A DNA stretch of 64,000 nucleotides from an uncultured Defluviitaleaceae bacterium (GTDB lineage Bacteria > Bacillota > Clostridia > Lachnospirales > WRBF01): assembly GCA_964533945.1 (NCBI GenBank), contig CAZHPA010000002.1:68997-132996 (forward strand). The letters are read 5' to 3'. This document shows positions 48,261-61,300 of the stretch, one piece after another. Made by a program: the position numbers and the translations under genes. The notes beneath the pieces are model-generated. The model was given only the letters and a program-made list of their open reading frames with translations. It was not told the DNA's origin and did not search any database. The stretch's first letter is position 1. Each line of letters begins with the position of its first letter.

Positions 48261-48325
48261 GGGGAGTGTGGGGGAATCGCAACCCCCCCATTTCTTTATT
48301 TCTTTCTTTTTTAAAGAAAGAAAGG
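48261..48325 (+). repeat. Double-hairpin intergenic repeat element, copy A (terminator-like)
   Basis: A G5/C7 hairpin (GTGGGGGAATCGCAACCCCCCCA) is followed by a T-rich tract and a second hairpin, CTTTCTTT-TTTAA-AGAAAGAAAG. Begins 29 nt after the SBP stop. Confidence 0.7.
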
Positions 48326-48453
48326 TCTTCCCTTTTTCTTTGTCAAAAGAAAAATATTTACTTTTTCTTTATTAAAAAAAGTCTTTGTTCTTGAGCCCAA
48401 AAAAATAAAAATTAAATAAAAGGTTTTTAAATAAACCTAAAGGAAGTTTAAAA

Positions 48454-49185
48454 ATGCATATTCCCAAACTCAAATTAATTAGAAAAGCTGCAATTGCTTT
48501 TATATGGATTATGGCTTGGCACTTCTTAAGCGCTTATGTTTCAGAGCCTGTGCTTTTGCCTTCTCCCCTTCTTGTTTTTAAAAGCTTAGTTAAGTTAGCC
48601 GCCTTGCCAAGCTTTTGGCTAATAATTGGAAACTCACTTTCTAAAATTTTGTTTGGTTTTTTGCTTTCGATTATAGTAGGCGTTGCCCTAGCTTCAATAT
48701 GCTATGCTTGGCAAATACTTTATGAATTTTTAAACCCTCTAATGTCTGTTATTAAAGCAATTCCAATTGCATCTTTTACAATATTAACGCTTGTTTGGGT
48801 TAAAAGCATCTATTTATCAACTGTTATATCATTTCTAATGGTTTTGCCCATAGTTTATTTTAACATACATAATGGGCTAAAAAATGTCAAAAAAATGCCA
48901 TATTTCGACATGGCAAAAGTTTTTAAAGTTCCATTTTTGCGCCAAGTTAAATGTTTATATATCCCGCTTTTAATGCCATATTTTTCGTCAACAATAAGCG
49001 TTGGGCTTGGGCTTGCGTTAAAGTCGGGGGTTGCTGCCGAAGTAATAGGTTTGCCAAATAATTCTATTGGAATTAATATATACAATTCTAAAATATATCT
49101 TGAAATTTCAGACTTATTTGCATGGACAATTGTAATAATTTTGCTTGGGGCTTTAATTGAAGCTGTAATAAAAAAGCGCCCGTAA
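48454..49185 (+). CDS. ABC transporter permease (SsuC/TauC/ThiX-like, BPD_transp_1)
   Basis: 243 aa with about six hydrophobic helices and family-like loops (SVIKAIPIASF, GVAAEVIG). Confidence 0.8.
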   Translation: MHIPKLKLIRKAAIAFIWIMAWHFLSAYVSEPVLLPSPLLVFKSLVKLAALPSFWLIIGNSLSKILFGFLLSIIVGVALASICYAWQILYEFLNPLMSVIKAIPIASFTILTLVWVKSIYLSTVISFLMVLPIVYFNIHNGLKNVKKMPYFDMAKVFKVPFLRQVKCLYIPLLMPYFSSTISVGLGLALKSGVAAEVIGLPNNSIGINIYNSKIYLEISDLFAWTIVIILLGALIEAVIKKRP

Positions 49186-49220
49186 AAATTATGTGCCGCA
49201 AAGTGTTAAAAAAGCATTTA

Positions 49221-49287
49221 GGGAATGTGGGGGGGATTGCAACCCCCCCACATTTCTTTATTTCTTTCTTTTCTAAAGAAATAAAGG
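49221..49287 (+). repeat. Double-hairpin intergenic repeat element, copy B
   Basis: Perfect 11-bp stem ATGTGGGGGGG-ATTGCAA-CCCCCCCACAT, then TTTCTTTATTTCTTTCTTTTCTAAAGAAATAAAGG. Colinear with copy A and begins 36 nt after the permease stop. Confidence 0.7.
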
Positions 49288-49344
49288 TGTTAATAAAAAA
49301 AGAAGAATTAAAATTTATCTAAAACTTATCTCAAATTCCATAAC

Positions 49345-49374
49345 AAAAAAGCCCCCTAAAAAGGGAGCTTTTTT
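49345..49374 (-). terminator. Intrinsic terminator of the giant gene
   Basis: The minus strand reads AGCTCCC-TTTTTA-GGGGGCT followed by TTTTTT, 13 nt after the stop. Confidence 0.6.
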
Positions 49375-49386
49375 ATGAAGCAAATA

Positions 49387-52300
49387 CTAAATAATTTCTT
49401 TTGCCACAGCTTCTTCCGAAACAATTTCTTCAACAGTTTCTTCTGTTTCAGTTTCTTCTGCTGCAGCTTCTTCTAAAGAATCTTCTTCTGTTGAAGTTTC
49501 TGTTTCTTCTTCTGTTACATTGTCTTCTGAAGCATCTTCTTCAACAACATCTTCTTCTGTTGCATTGTCTTCTGGAGCGCCTTCTTCAACAACATCTTCT
49601 GTTACATCTTCTTCAACAACTTCTTCAACAACTGCTTGTGCAGGAGCTAAAGGAGCAAAAGCTTCTAATAAAAATGCAGTTGTAAGTTCTTGGCCAGGTA
49701 TAGCAAATGTTCCTGTACCTGTTGCTTTTCCATAAATTTGAAATTCCCATATTGAAACAGTAGCCCAAGGAATTCCTACCCCTGTAGCATCTTCTAATTG
49801 GAAGTTATCTATAACCAATTTAACATATCTTCCTCTAGCAGAAGTATATAACAATATTTCCTCTTTGTGTGTTTGTGAAGGTTTTGTTCCAACAAAAACA
49901 GGTGTTCCAAAATCGCCTGGGTCGTTTGAAACATAAAGTTTATAGTCTGTTGCATTACATCTTTCCCAAATAATAGCAACTTCGCTAATAGATACTTCTT
50001 CGCCTAAGTCAACTTGAAGCCATTTTTGGTTAATTCCGTTTGTGCTTGCCCATCTCGATTGACCAGAGGTACCGCCATCGAAGGCTTTGTCGGCTGCAAA
50101 GTGGCTGGCTTCTTCTCCGTTTGAAGAAGCTGTTTGATTTAAAGCTAAATTAACTTTTTTGCTTCCATAAACTTCAAATTCATGTACAGAAACTGTTGGA
50201 TAATTAACATTGTCGCAGTTTGAAATAAAGTTGTTTATATAAAGCCTTACATATCTTGCAGAAACTGGTGTTTCTAAAGCTATAGTTTCTTTAAATTCTG
50301 TTGGGAAATCTGTTTGTGCATAAACTTCTGTCCAATCAGTTCCATTGCTTGAAACTTCAATTTTATAGTCGTCTGCGTTTCTTCTTTCCCAGTCAATAAC
50401 AAAATTTGTAATTAAACTTTCTTCTTGCAAATCAACTTGAAGCCATTTTGGGTTAATTCCATATGAACTTCCCCATCTTGTTCCACTGTCGCCATCAAAA
50501 GCTTTTTCGACTGCAATGTGACTACCTTCATCTCCGTTTGCAGAAGCAGGCTTGTTTAAAGCTAAATTGCCACTTACAACGTCAACTTCAATTTCAGTAG
50601 TAGGTATAGCAATTGTTTTTGTATCTTTTTGAGAAGCGCTGTTTTCATCAACATAGTCAAATTTAACTTCAAATGACCAGCCGTTTCTAGTTATTTGTGG
50701 TGAAAGCTTAGTTTTATCAATTACAACGCCATATGCAACATATTCTTCGGAACCAGCGTCCCATTTGCCTATAACGTAAACACCTTTTTGAACATAAGCT
50801 ATTTCATATTCAGTGCCATCTATTGCAAAGCTTGCAAAATCAGCTGGGTCAGGTTTATCACCAATAATAGTAGCGTCTGAGTCAACATAATAGTCGATGC
50901 TGTAGCCTGTAATTCCAGTATCTACAGAAGTAGAATCTTTAATAAATTTTGCACTAGTAAGTACATCTAAAGAGTCTTCAGCGCCATTTGTTAATAAGAA
51001 GCCAATAAAATCTACATCTGTTTCGCTTTCACTAGCGCTACTGCCGTTAAATGTTAACGAATATGTGCCTGTAATAATTTCTGAAGTTATATCGCTTGTA
51101 ACTTCTGATTGAACTGCTTCAACTTCAAAAGTTTTTTGAATTTCAGCTTTTTTAGGTGTAACAGTTGAATTATTTTCATATCCAGCAGTTACATTATATT
51201 CAGCTTTGTTTGCGTAATAAATTGCAACATCATAAGTGCCAACTGCAAGTGCCGAAGTAGGAATAGTAAATGTGCTGCCGCTAGCTTCGGTAAAGCTAAC
51301 TTCTGTTTCGATTCCGTCTTCTAATTTATAGGAAACAGTTGCGCCAGAATTAACTATATCTTCAGGTACGTTAACTACAGCATGTGCGCTTCCAAACGAA
51401 GTATTGTTTACAACAAGCGTACCTATATTTGTTGGGTTAACATACAATATTCTAATAGCTTCTGCTTCAGTAATGCCTGCAACAGCAGCTGCTTTAGCTT
51501 TGATTATATAGTAACCAACTTTTGTACGGCTTAATGTGCCTCCAGAAATATCAACATTTGATAATGAGTCGGAAGCATTATTGCCAACAAACTCAACGGT
51601 GTATGCTAACGTTCCTGCGTTAACCCCTGCAAATGTTTCGCTCAGTGAAGCTGATACTCCAGCTTGAATGCCACTGAATTGATAAGCAGTTGAAGAAACT
51701 GGAGTTGCAATAGAAAGTGAATTTAAATTAACGCTTTGAGTTAATGTTTTTGGAGTTCCAGATATAATGCCAGCAGTTGCAATTGCAGCTGAACCAACAC
51801 TTACAGTTACTTGACCAGCTGTTGTTGCTGCTGTGTTAAGTAAAACTTTTATTTTTGTATCTGAAATACGTTCAACGTTAGCAACAGTTGCTGAAGCACC
51901 TGTTGTACCTGCTGTTAAAGAAATAGCGCTTGTGCTTACGCTTGAAGCAAAAGTTCCGGTTGTTGTTAATTCAATTACGTTGCTTCCTACTTCAAGGTTA
52001 ACATTAACTGTTGCTGCACCAGTAACGCCATCAAAAGTACCTATTGTTGTTTTAACTGCTCCGTTTGTGTCATAAATTACTTCAAATGACCAGCCGTTGC
52101 CGCTTACCCCAAGTTCTGTAAGCTTTTCTTTGCTAAATACAACGCCGTATGATGCATATCCTCCAAAATCTCCTAAGTTTTCGTCCCATTCCCAACCGAT
52201 AAGGTAAATACCTTTTTCGACATAAGCTATTTCGTAGTCATTAGCATCTGTAGAACCATTAGTTCCAGATATTTCAAAGCTTACAAAATTAACAGGGTTA

Positions 52301-55300
52301 GGGTTAGCTAATGGATTATTATCGCCACCGCCAACATAGCAATCAGGTTGATAAGCTTTAACATCTAATGTTTTTGCAGCAGTGCCGTTTTTAATAACTT
52401 TTACTTGGTTAATTCTTTGTATTTCAGCACTGTTGGCATTTGATAACAAGAAACCTACAAAATCTTTATCTGTTTCGCTCTTGCTAGCATCAGCACCATT
52501 GAATGTTAATGTATATTTGCCTTGAAGCAATTTTTTGCTTAACAAATCAGTTGGGGCATTAAATATTGCTGTTAATACAAGTTCTTTTGCAGTTCCGCCA
52601 GAGTTTGCAAACCCTTCAACCCAATATGGGTTTTCGTAGAATAATGTACCCTCGTATGCTATACCGGGTTTAACTCCTCCTGCAATAGCGCTGCTGTTAA
52701 ATGAGTCTGCTGTAGTTGTAACTGCAGCTTTAGACACTATTGTCATGTCGTTTTCTTTAAGGGCATAATACATTTTTGCACCTTCCATTAATAATGGAAC
52801 TGCAAATTTAATCGCTGTTAAATCTTCAGTGCTTTCCACTTCAAAGTCAAATGGATTGTTTGAAGGAATTTGCGGATTAACGTATAACACTCTATTTTTT
52901 GTTACAGCTGCTATAGCGCCAATTGCGTTTGCTGCGTATTCTGCTCTGTAGTAGCCAATTTTTGAACGGGATAAAGCGCCAGTTCCTGTAACTTCTTCTT
53001 CTGTATCTGTAGTTTTATGATACAAAGTAGGTGCTGAAGCATTTTCTATAACTTCCCCATCAACTTTTACTTGTGCAGGTATAACAAAGGTAGCGTATGG
53101 TAATGTATTAGTTGAGTATGCTAAAATAAAAGGATTCATAGCACTAGAATCAGTAAATTCAATAGTTTGAACTGCTGTTAATGCAGTTGCAGTTGTTTCA
53201 GTTACTGGTGCTGTGTCATCTGTATATGCTTCGTCTTTAATAGTTAAAGTTGCTGTTCCTGCTGTAGCTGCTGCAGTTGTAAATGCAACTAAAGCTTTTT
53301 TGCCACTATCATAAACTTTTACGCCTGCTATTGTTAAACTTGCGCCTGCAAGTGTTAAGTTGCCAGCAGATAAATTAGAATCGAATGTTTTTCCGTCTTC
53401 TGTAATTTCTAATTTAATTGCGTTGTTGCCTGCTGCTATATCAACTTCTTGACCTGTTGTTGATGCTTCTTCAACTATAACTGTAGCAACATCAGAAGTT
53501 ACGCTAGTTGCATCTGTTGCAGAAACTACACAATAGTAGTAGTAAGTGTCTGCTGCATCAGTTGGAACTGAATAAGTTGCGTTAGTTTCGTCTGCAATTA
53601 TAGTTCCGTCTACGTTGCTGTCTGTTGTATTTGAATACCATTGATATTCTAAAGTTGCACCTTCTGTAACTGTTGCTGTAACTGATAAAGTAGCAGTGCC
53701 ACCAACTGTTACTGTTGTGTCTTGAGGTTGAGCAGTAATAGTTATAACTGGAGTTGCTATTACTTCTTCTTCAACTATAACTGTAGCAACATCAGAAGTT
53801 ACGCTAGTTGCATCTGTTGCAGAAACTACACAATAGTAGTAGTAAGTGTCTGCTGCATCAGTTGGAACTGAATAAGTTGCGTTAGTTTCGTCTGCAATTA
53901 TAGTTCCGTCTACGTTGCTGTCTGTTGTATTTGAATACCATTGATATTCTAAAGTTGCACCTTCTGTAACTGTTGCTGTAACTGATAAAGTAGCAGTGTC
54001 ACCAACTGTTACTGTTGTGTCTTGAGGTTGAGCAGTGATAGTTATAACTGGAGTTGCCGGTGCTGGGTTAACTACAACTGTAGCAATAGCAGAATTTTTG
54101 CTAGCTGCACCTGTTGCAGAAACTACACAATAGTAGTAAGTAGTAGCTGCTGTTGTAGTTGGAACTGTGTAAGTTGCACTAGTTGCACCTGTAACTGCAG
54201 TTGCGCCTGTTATGCTGTTTGTTGTGTTTGAATACCATTGATATTCTAAAGTTGCACCTTCTGTAACTGTTGCTGTAACTGATAAATTAGCAGTTCCGCC
54301 AACTGTTGTTGTTACGCCTAAAGGTTGAGCAGTAATAGTTATAACCGGAGCTACTGCTAAATTCCCTTGCAATAAGTCTGCTTTAACAATCCATTCATAT
54401 GTGCTGTTTACCAATTTTACGAAGCCAACAGGAGTTGATGGGTCAAAACTTGTTATAGTGTTATTGCTATTAGCAACAACGCCTATTGCGCCACTTCCTA
54501 TTTCATAGTTCAAGTTTCCATTACCATCATCAACAAGAAGAACTGCGCCATCCTTTTGTAATGTTACGCCTGCGTCATTGCCAGGTGTATCGTTACCAAT
54601 TACAAGGTTTCCAAGTACTTTTAATACAAAAGTTCCATCTGCTGCTGTAGCAGAACTAGTTGGAGCAAGCAGTGTTAAAACACCGCTTGCAACTATAAGA
54701 TTTTGTCCTTCATTAACAACAAATGCTTTTCCGCTTCTTTGCTTTAAGCTTGTGCCGCCATTTAATACTATATCAAATGGAGAAGGAGTTGTGCTAAATA
54801 ATGTAACGCCTGAACCTTTGAATGTCATGCTTGCGCCGTTATCAAGTGAAAACCAAGCATCATCTTCTTTAGCATCACCTGCAGGGCAAACAATTAAATC
54901 ATCTGCTCCACCAGTTCCGTAAAGATAACCGCCACCATTAACTGTTAATTCTAAGCCTGCAGTATTAGTTCCGCCAAAGCCATCATAATCAAAGTTAGTA
55001 GCTGTTGCGCCGCTTGCAATTTCAATTTTAACTTCACTGTTAGCAATATCAAAACCATCAGGGAAAACAAGGTTAACGCCTACAGGTACAGTAATTATAA
55101 CTTCGCCTACATCTGCTATTGATTCTGGAAGTTTAACTTCTTTAGGGTCTGCTGCGTCAGCGCCAACTGGAGTTTGTATAGTAATTGTTATTGGAGTGCC
55201 GGGTACTGGTGTTATTGCTTCAAATGCTGCATCAAGAGTTTCTGTATTTTTAACAATAATTTCATCAGAACCTGCGCCTACTGTTAAATCTTCTAATGAA

Positions 55301-58300
55301 TCATAGCTAATCATTATTTCAATTTCTGTTGCGCTTACGCTAGTAATTTTGTAACCTGCTGCGCCTGAAAGTGAAGAAGAAGAATCTAATTTAACAAGGC
55401 TATCAAATGAGCCAAAACCAGCGCCAGTTTGCCAATCAGTAGTATTAAATTCATAACCAGCTTCAGCGGTTACTTTAATTTTCCCAATATATTGCGAACC
55501 TGCTGCAAAAAGTTCTCCGCCGCCTGCTCCTGTTGTTTCATCTGTCCACCAGCCTTCGCTTGATGCTGTTGCATAAGTATCTGCAATTGTTATTTCTTTT
55601 TGCCCTGTTGCATCTTTACCAACAAGAAGCCCTGGTGCTTTAATTGTTAAACTTTCTATTGCAGTTGCTGCCGCAGGAATTGAAATTGTTGATTCAAGTG
55701 AACCTGTGCAGTTTGCAGCTGTTACTATAACTTTAATTGTTTTGCCTAAATCACCAGTAACTAAAGTATAAGTTGAAGCTGTTTCGCCAGCAATTGCTGT
55801 GTAGTTTGTGCCATCGCTAGAGCTTAACCATTCATATGTTAAAGTTCCATGATATGTTGGAGTAGCTCCTGATACAGCTGCTGTTAATGTTTGGCCATCT
55901 GCTGCAGTACCTGTAATTGCTACTGTTCCGCCTAATGTTGCTTTAGTAACTGTTAATGTAAATGTAATGTCTGTATTTTGGTTGCCGCTAGCATCTTTAA
56001 TTGTGCCTGCTGCAACTTTAAATGTAAACGTACCTGCTGCACCAATAAGTTCGTTTCCTGCTGCAGGTGTAATTGTTGCAGTAGTGCCGCTTAAAGTAAA
56101 TGTGCCGTAATGTACATCGCCTGTTATTCCAGTACCTGAAATTGTAATATTTCCGCTTGTACCTGTAACAAAGTCTGCAGCTTCACTTAATGTTGCTGTA
56201 ATAGTTCCACTAACTGATTGACCAACAAAGCCTGTTAAGTCTGTAGCATGAGTTTGTTGTGTTCCACCAATTGTTGCTGTTACAGATTCAAGAGTAGGAG
56301 CTGTTGTGTCTGGTGTTGTTCCTGCTATAACTTTAACGGTTGCTCTATTTGATGTTACAGTAGTTGTGCCTGATGTAATTACGCAATAAACTTCATATTC
56401 AACTGGTGTATTGCCTGTAGTCCATGTTAAAGTATCTGTGTATAATATCTCACCTGCAAACTTAGATACAACGCCTGCATCAACTCTGTACCATTCATAA
56501 ATTACTGGCAAACCAAAAGAATTAATTGTTGCTTCAACTGTTAAAGAAGCTTCTGTGTTAACTTCTACTTCTATATCTGCAGGGTGTGTAGTTATAGTAA
56601 TTGTAGGTGTAGGTGTTGTTCCTGAACCAACTACAACTTTAGCAAATCTTGAAGGAGCTGTAGGTAAGCTGTTGTCGTCTACAGAAACTACACAGAAATA
56701 GTACATAGTGCCTTCTGCGTTAGTTGGAACTGTAAAAGTAGGGTTAGTTTCGCCACCGATTGCTTGCGAATCAGCAAATGCGCCTGTTGGTGTCTTAACC
56801 CATTGATATTGTAATGTTTTGCCTACTGGAACAGTAACTGCTGCAACTGTTAAAGTAGCAGTGTCGTTAACATTTAATTTTAAATCTTGAGGTTGAGCAG
56901 TTATTTTAATTCCATTCGTTGCATCTTTAACGTTAAATGAAACCCAATCAGCCTCGCCGTCTACTGTGCTAATTTCTGAAGAGCCTTTTTTGTATGCATT
57001 TAGGAAGTAGTAGTGTTTTCCGTAAAGGATAATTGTATATTCAGATTCATCTGGGTTAAATTTTGTACGTTGAATCGTTCCTATTGGTGTGCTGCCTGCT
57101 TTAAGTACTATAGCGTTGTCATCAGCAGGAATTTCTGCGTATATTGATATAAATGATGGTGCTGCATACGCTGCTCCTCTTGGTCTAGGATTGAAAGTAT
57201 TCATATATGAAAGTTCAATTCCTCCAAGACTTGTTCCGCCTGTTGTTTTAACATAAACAGGTTTGTATGCTTCGATAGCGCCACTTCCATCAAGGCCATC
57301 TATTACTATAGAAACTTTTGTTGGGTCTTTAATACATTTTGATGGTTGTGTTGATTCATAAACGTCTTCGCTTATGTTTTCTGCTTTATCACGAGCTGTT
57401 ATTTGGATTGCAAGTGTTTCACCATCAACTTTTGTGCAACCTGTCCATACTTTATCTGGAGCTGTTAACTTAGCTGTGTATGTGTAAGGTGCTACAGTTG
57501 AAGTAGTTGTAATTTCTTCAACAGCAATGCCATGAGAGAATACTTTTTCTGCTGTTACTTCATCTATGAGCATTTCACCAACTAAAAATTCATTTAAATC
57601 AAGCGCTTCATCAATTATTCTTTCTGGGTCAAAAAGTAATTCGTCAGATTCAAATGTTATTGTTAATGCGCTTCCTATAACTGCATTGTTGTCTGTTCTG
57701 TCTGTTTTAATTACAACATTGTCAATTACAGGTGCTGTGTTATCATAAAGAACTTGATAATCAACATTTGCTGCATCTGTTGCTGCATCTGTATTTAAAA
57801 TTGTAGCAGCTGGGAAACCATCTTCGTTATAAGGTTCTATAGAATATGTGATATTGCCATCAAAATCAACTTCAACAGCTGTAACTTCATTAGCATTTAA
57901 ATCTAATGTTGCCGTGTAAGTGTAAGGTGTTGCTATATCAGCTGTTATTGGTGTAACTTTAATACCTGCTATTTTAACAACTGTCTTAGCGCCTAATTTT
58001 TCAACAGATTCAAATGTTAATGTAACTGTTCTTAATTTATTAGCTAAATTTGTATATTTGTCATTTGAAACAAAGCTTTTTACGCTAACTTCAAAGTGGT
58101 TGTTATAAGTAACTTGTGGTTTATTAGAATCACCTGTACCAACAGTTTCTGGACCTTTACATCCGAATAAATCTGCAGGTATTACACTATATGGTATTTC
58201 TTTGCCTTCTTCAATAGTAGTAATAACATATACAAGGTTGCCGTCAACGTCTACCACTAAGTTGCCGTCTGCATCTACTTCTTGTATAGTAAGAATATCT

Positions 58301-61300
58301 GCAACTTTAACTGTTAACTCGTAAGCGTATGTGAAGCTTGGCGATGTTCCTGTTTTTCCTGTTAATTTTAATGTGCCTAAACCTTCTGCATTAACATTAA
58401 TTCCACCGATTACTACTTGTGTTGTTGCAGTGCTTAATTCAACAGTTGTAGTGAATTTTAAAGTTACGCTATCTTGGTGTCTTGCAACGTTTGTTATAGG
58501 ATTGTTATTCACGTCTTTAATGTCGTTGTCTGACATAAAGCTTGTAATTGTTGTGTTGTATGTTGCAGCATGCGCTGGGTGATATTGAATACCGCTTGCA
58601 AGATTTCTTCTATGAGCTGTTTGTTGTTCATTTTCACCCCAAGCTATAAATTCAGCAGCAAGTTCATCTTTATGAGGACCATCTGCGAATATTGCAGGAT
58701 TTGTACCGAACTGATAACCTAAATCTACTCCATTAATAGTTCTGTATTTTTCTATTGTTGCTCTGTAGTAGAAATATCCAGGAGTTTTTATAATGCTTCC
58801 AGTTGCGTCTGTTGCTTCGCTAATTCCTGTAACATTTTTGCCAGCGTCTAAAGTAACACCAACTCTTGTTAAACCTTCAAGTTTATACGCAGCTTCCTTA
58901 TCAGCTGTTATGCCTTCAGGCAAGCCTAAATATACGCTATATGGTCGAGTAACATCAAGTGCTTTACTTGACTTGAAGTATAAGTCAATTTTATCTCCGT
59001 CGATAGAATATTTTATTGTTCCAGCATGCCCTGCAACTGTTATTGGAGCATGAGGATTGCTTGTTTTTGAAAACTGTTCTTCTAATGTTACAACAGGAGG
59101 AAGAACGTCTGTTTTTAATGTAACGTTATCATTTATTTTGTCTTCTCCAAGATAGTAAGCTACATTGTTAGGAGCTGCTCCTTTGTTTCCTGCCAAGTCT
59201 TCAACGTCTATCCAAAGTTTTATTATTTCTTCGGTATTTTGGTTGAATTCTCTTTCAAATGTATGTTTTGCCCAATAAGTGTTTGTATTACCTATTTGCG
59301 CAAAGTTAAGCACGTATTTTGTTCCAACATTATCATAGATATAAGCTATATTTGTCTTTTTGCTGCTAAAATCTAAAGCGCTGTCTGATGTTATTTCAAC
59401 ATATACTGTATCTGCTAAACCAACAAAAACTTCTGAACCAGATAACACTTCATCTTTTTCAATTGTCATTGCTGCATCTTTAAACACTTTAACTTTAACA
59501 GAATCAATAACAGGAGCAGTTGTATCTATAATGACATTTGTAATTTCGTTTGCTTCTTGTTTTGCAGTAAAGGTTGATTCGTCATCTTTGCCATAAAGTG
59601 AATGCACAAATTCTAACTTTTCAGGGGAAACAGGGTGTGCCATGCCTGCAGGTACTGTTACTGTTGCTGTATATGTCTTAGGTTGCCCGTTAACTTTTGC
59701 AAATGTTGCAGTTAAGCCACCAATTGTTCCAGTAGTGCGAACAGGTGTTTTGTCGAGGTCAAGTTCATTGTTAGTTGTGAAAGTTGCAATTATTTTATTG
59801 CCTTCTTTTGCCCAATAGAAATTGCCATCTGCACTTATTTGTTCGCCTTTTGCATTGTCTGTTTTGTAATCAATAGTAATGATTCTTGCAGGTGCTGGGT
59901 CAACTTTAACAGAAACTTTGCCGTTAACGCCTACAACGTCAAATGCAGTTTTAACTTCATATCCAGCAATAATTGTAGTATTATCTACGCTATTAACAGG
60001 GTTTGGTTTTCCTGCTGCTATAGTTATTTTATTAGCTTCATATAATCCCAATGGGAATGTACTTGCAAGTGTTCCGTCTGCGTTTCCTGTATATGAAACA
60101 GCATATAAAACTTCGCCATCAACTGTAACTTCAGTACAAGCGCCTGTTGCAGTTAATGTAATTGAAGGCTGGCTTGCATGTTCTAAAACTATAGTTGAAC
60201 CGCTAAAGTTTGTAATTGGTCTTGCAAAATAAGCTATTGCTTCAATTGCGTTAGTTGTATCATCGCTAATAGTTATATTCTTTCCTTCGGCAGTTACTGT
60301 TGTAGAAGTTCCTGCTTTATTTGTTAATACAATGTCAACGATTTCAACAGGGTTAACGTTTAAGCCGGAAACTTCGCCTGAAATTATAGTTTTTGTGCTT
60401 CCTATAGCAAGTTCAGGTGCTGTAGCAACAACGCTAAATGTTCCGTCTTCTCTCGCAAATTTACTGCTGTCAGTAACATTACTATCTACATCTTTTTCGT
60501 AAACGATTTCTAAGCTGTAACCTTTAAAGTCTGCAACTGAATGTCCACCAACGTAGTCAGCTTTAACTGTAAATAATGCTTTAATTTCGTCTGTGTTAAT
60601 GTTATCACTTACGTAAATATCAGCTGGCAATGTTGTGTTTGCTTTTTGAGTTAAAGTTAATTTTTCGATTGGTGCTTCGTTAATTATTAACTCTAAAGGA
60701 GTTATTACGCCGTTAACTCTAAAGCTTTTATTGCCTTGCATTACAGGATTTCCATTAACTAATACGTAAGTATTGTCAAGAATATAAACAGGTGTATTTC
60801 CAATTACAGGAGTTTGACCATTTTTAATTTGAGTTGCAACATATTTTCCTGGTTTAGCAGTTGCGCTAATGTCGCCTTTGTATTTTAAAGTAGAAGAAAC
60901 TTGTTTGTTGCCTGCATCTAAAGCAGCTTCAGGGTTAACAAATTCAACACCACCGTTTGTACCACGTCTACCAACTATAATTTGGCTAGCTGGGTCATCT
61001 ACATGAGTAAAAATTATTTCATTATCTTGGCTTAATCCGTTTGGATAAACTGGCTTTGTAAATGTAACGTCAACGCTAAATCCTTTTTGTCCTGTATTAG
61101 CTGTAACTTCTCCTGATACTAATGTAGTTGAATTTATTGTAGCTTTTTCAACAGTAACTGGGTAAACATCAAGTTCTGCAGTAGTTCTATCAACTGTATA
61201 GTTTTTAGGGTCTATTATTACCCCAACTTTTCCGCTATGCAATACAACATAATTTTTGCCATCAGCCATTTTAGCAAATCCAACAGTATCAGGTACTGCA

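Noticed and set aside
53461-54360. Regularly spaced repeats that might suggest a CRISPR array
   Set aside because: The units are 300 bp, contiguous without spacers, and lie in-frame inside a long ORF encoding Ig-like modules. No short repeat/spacer array occurs anywhere in the window.
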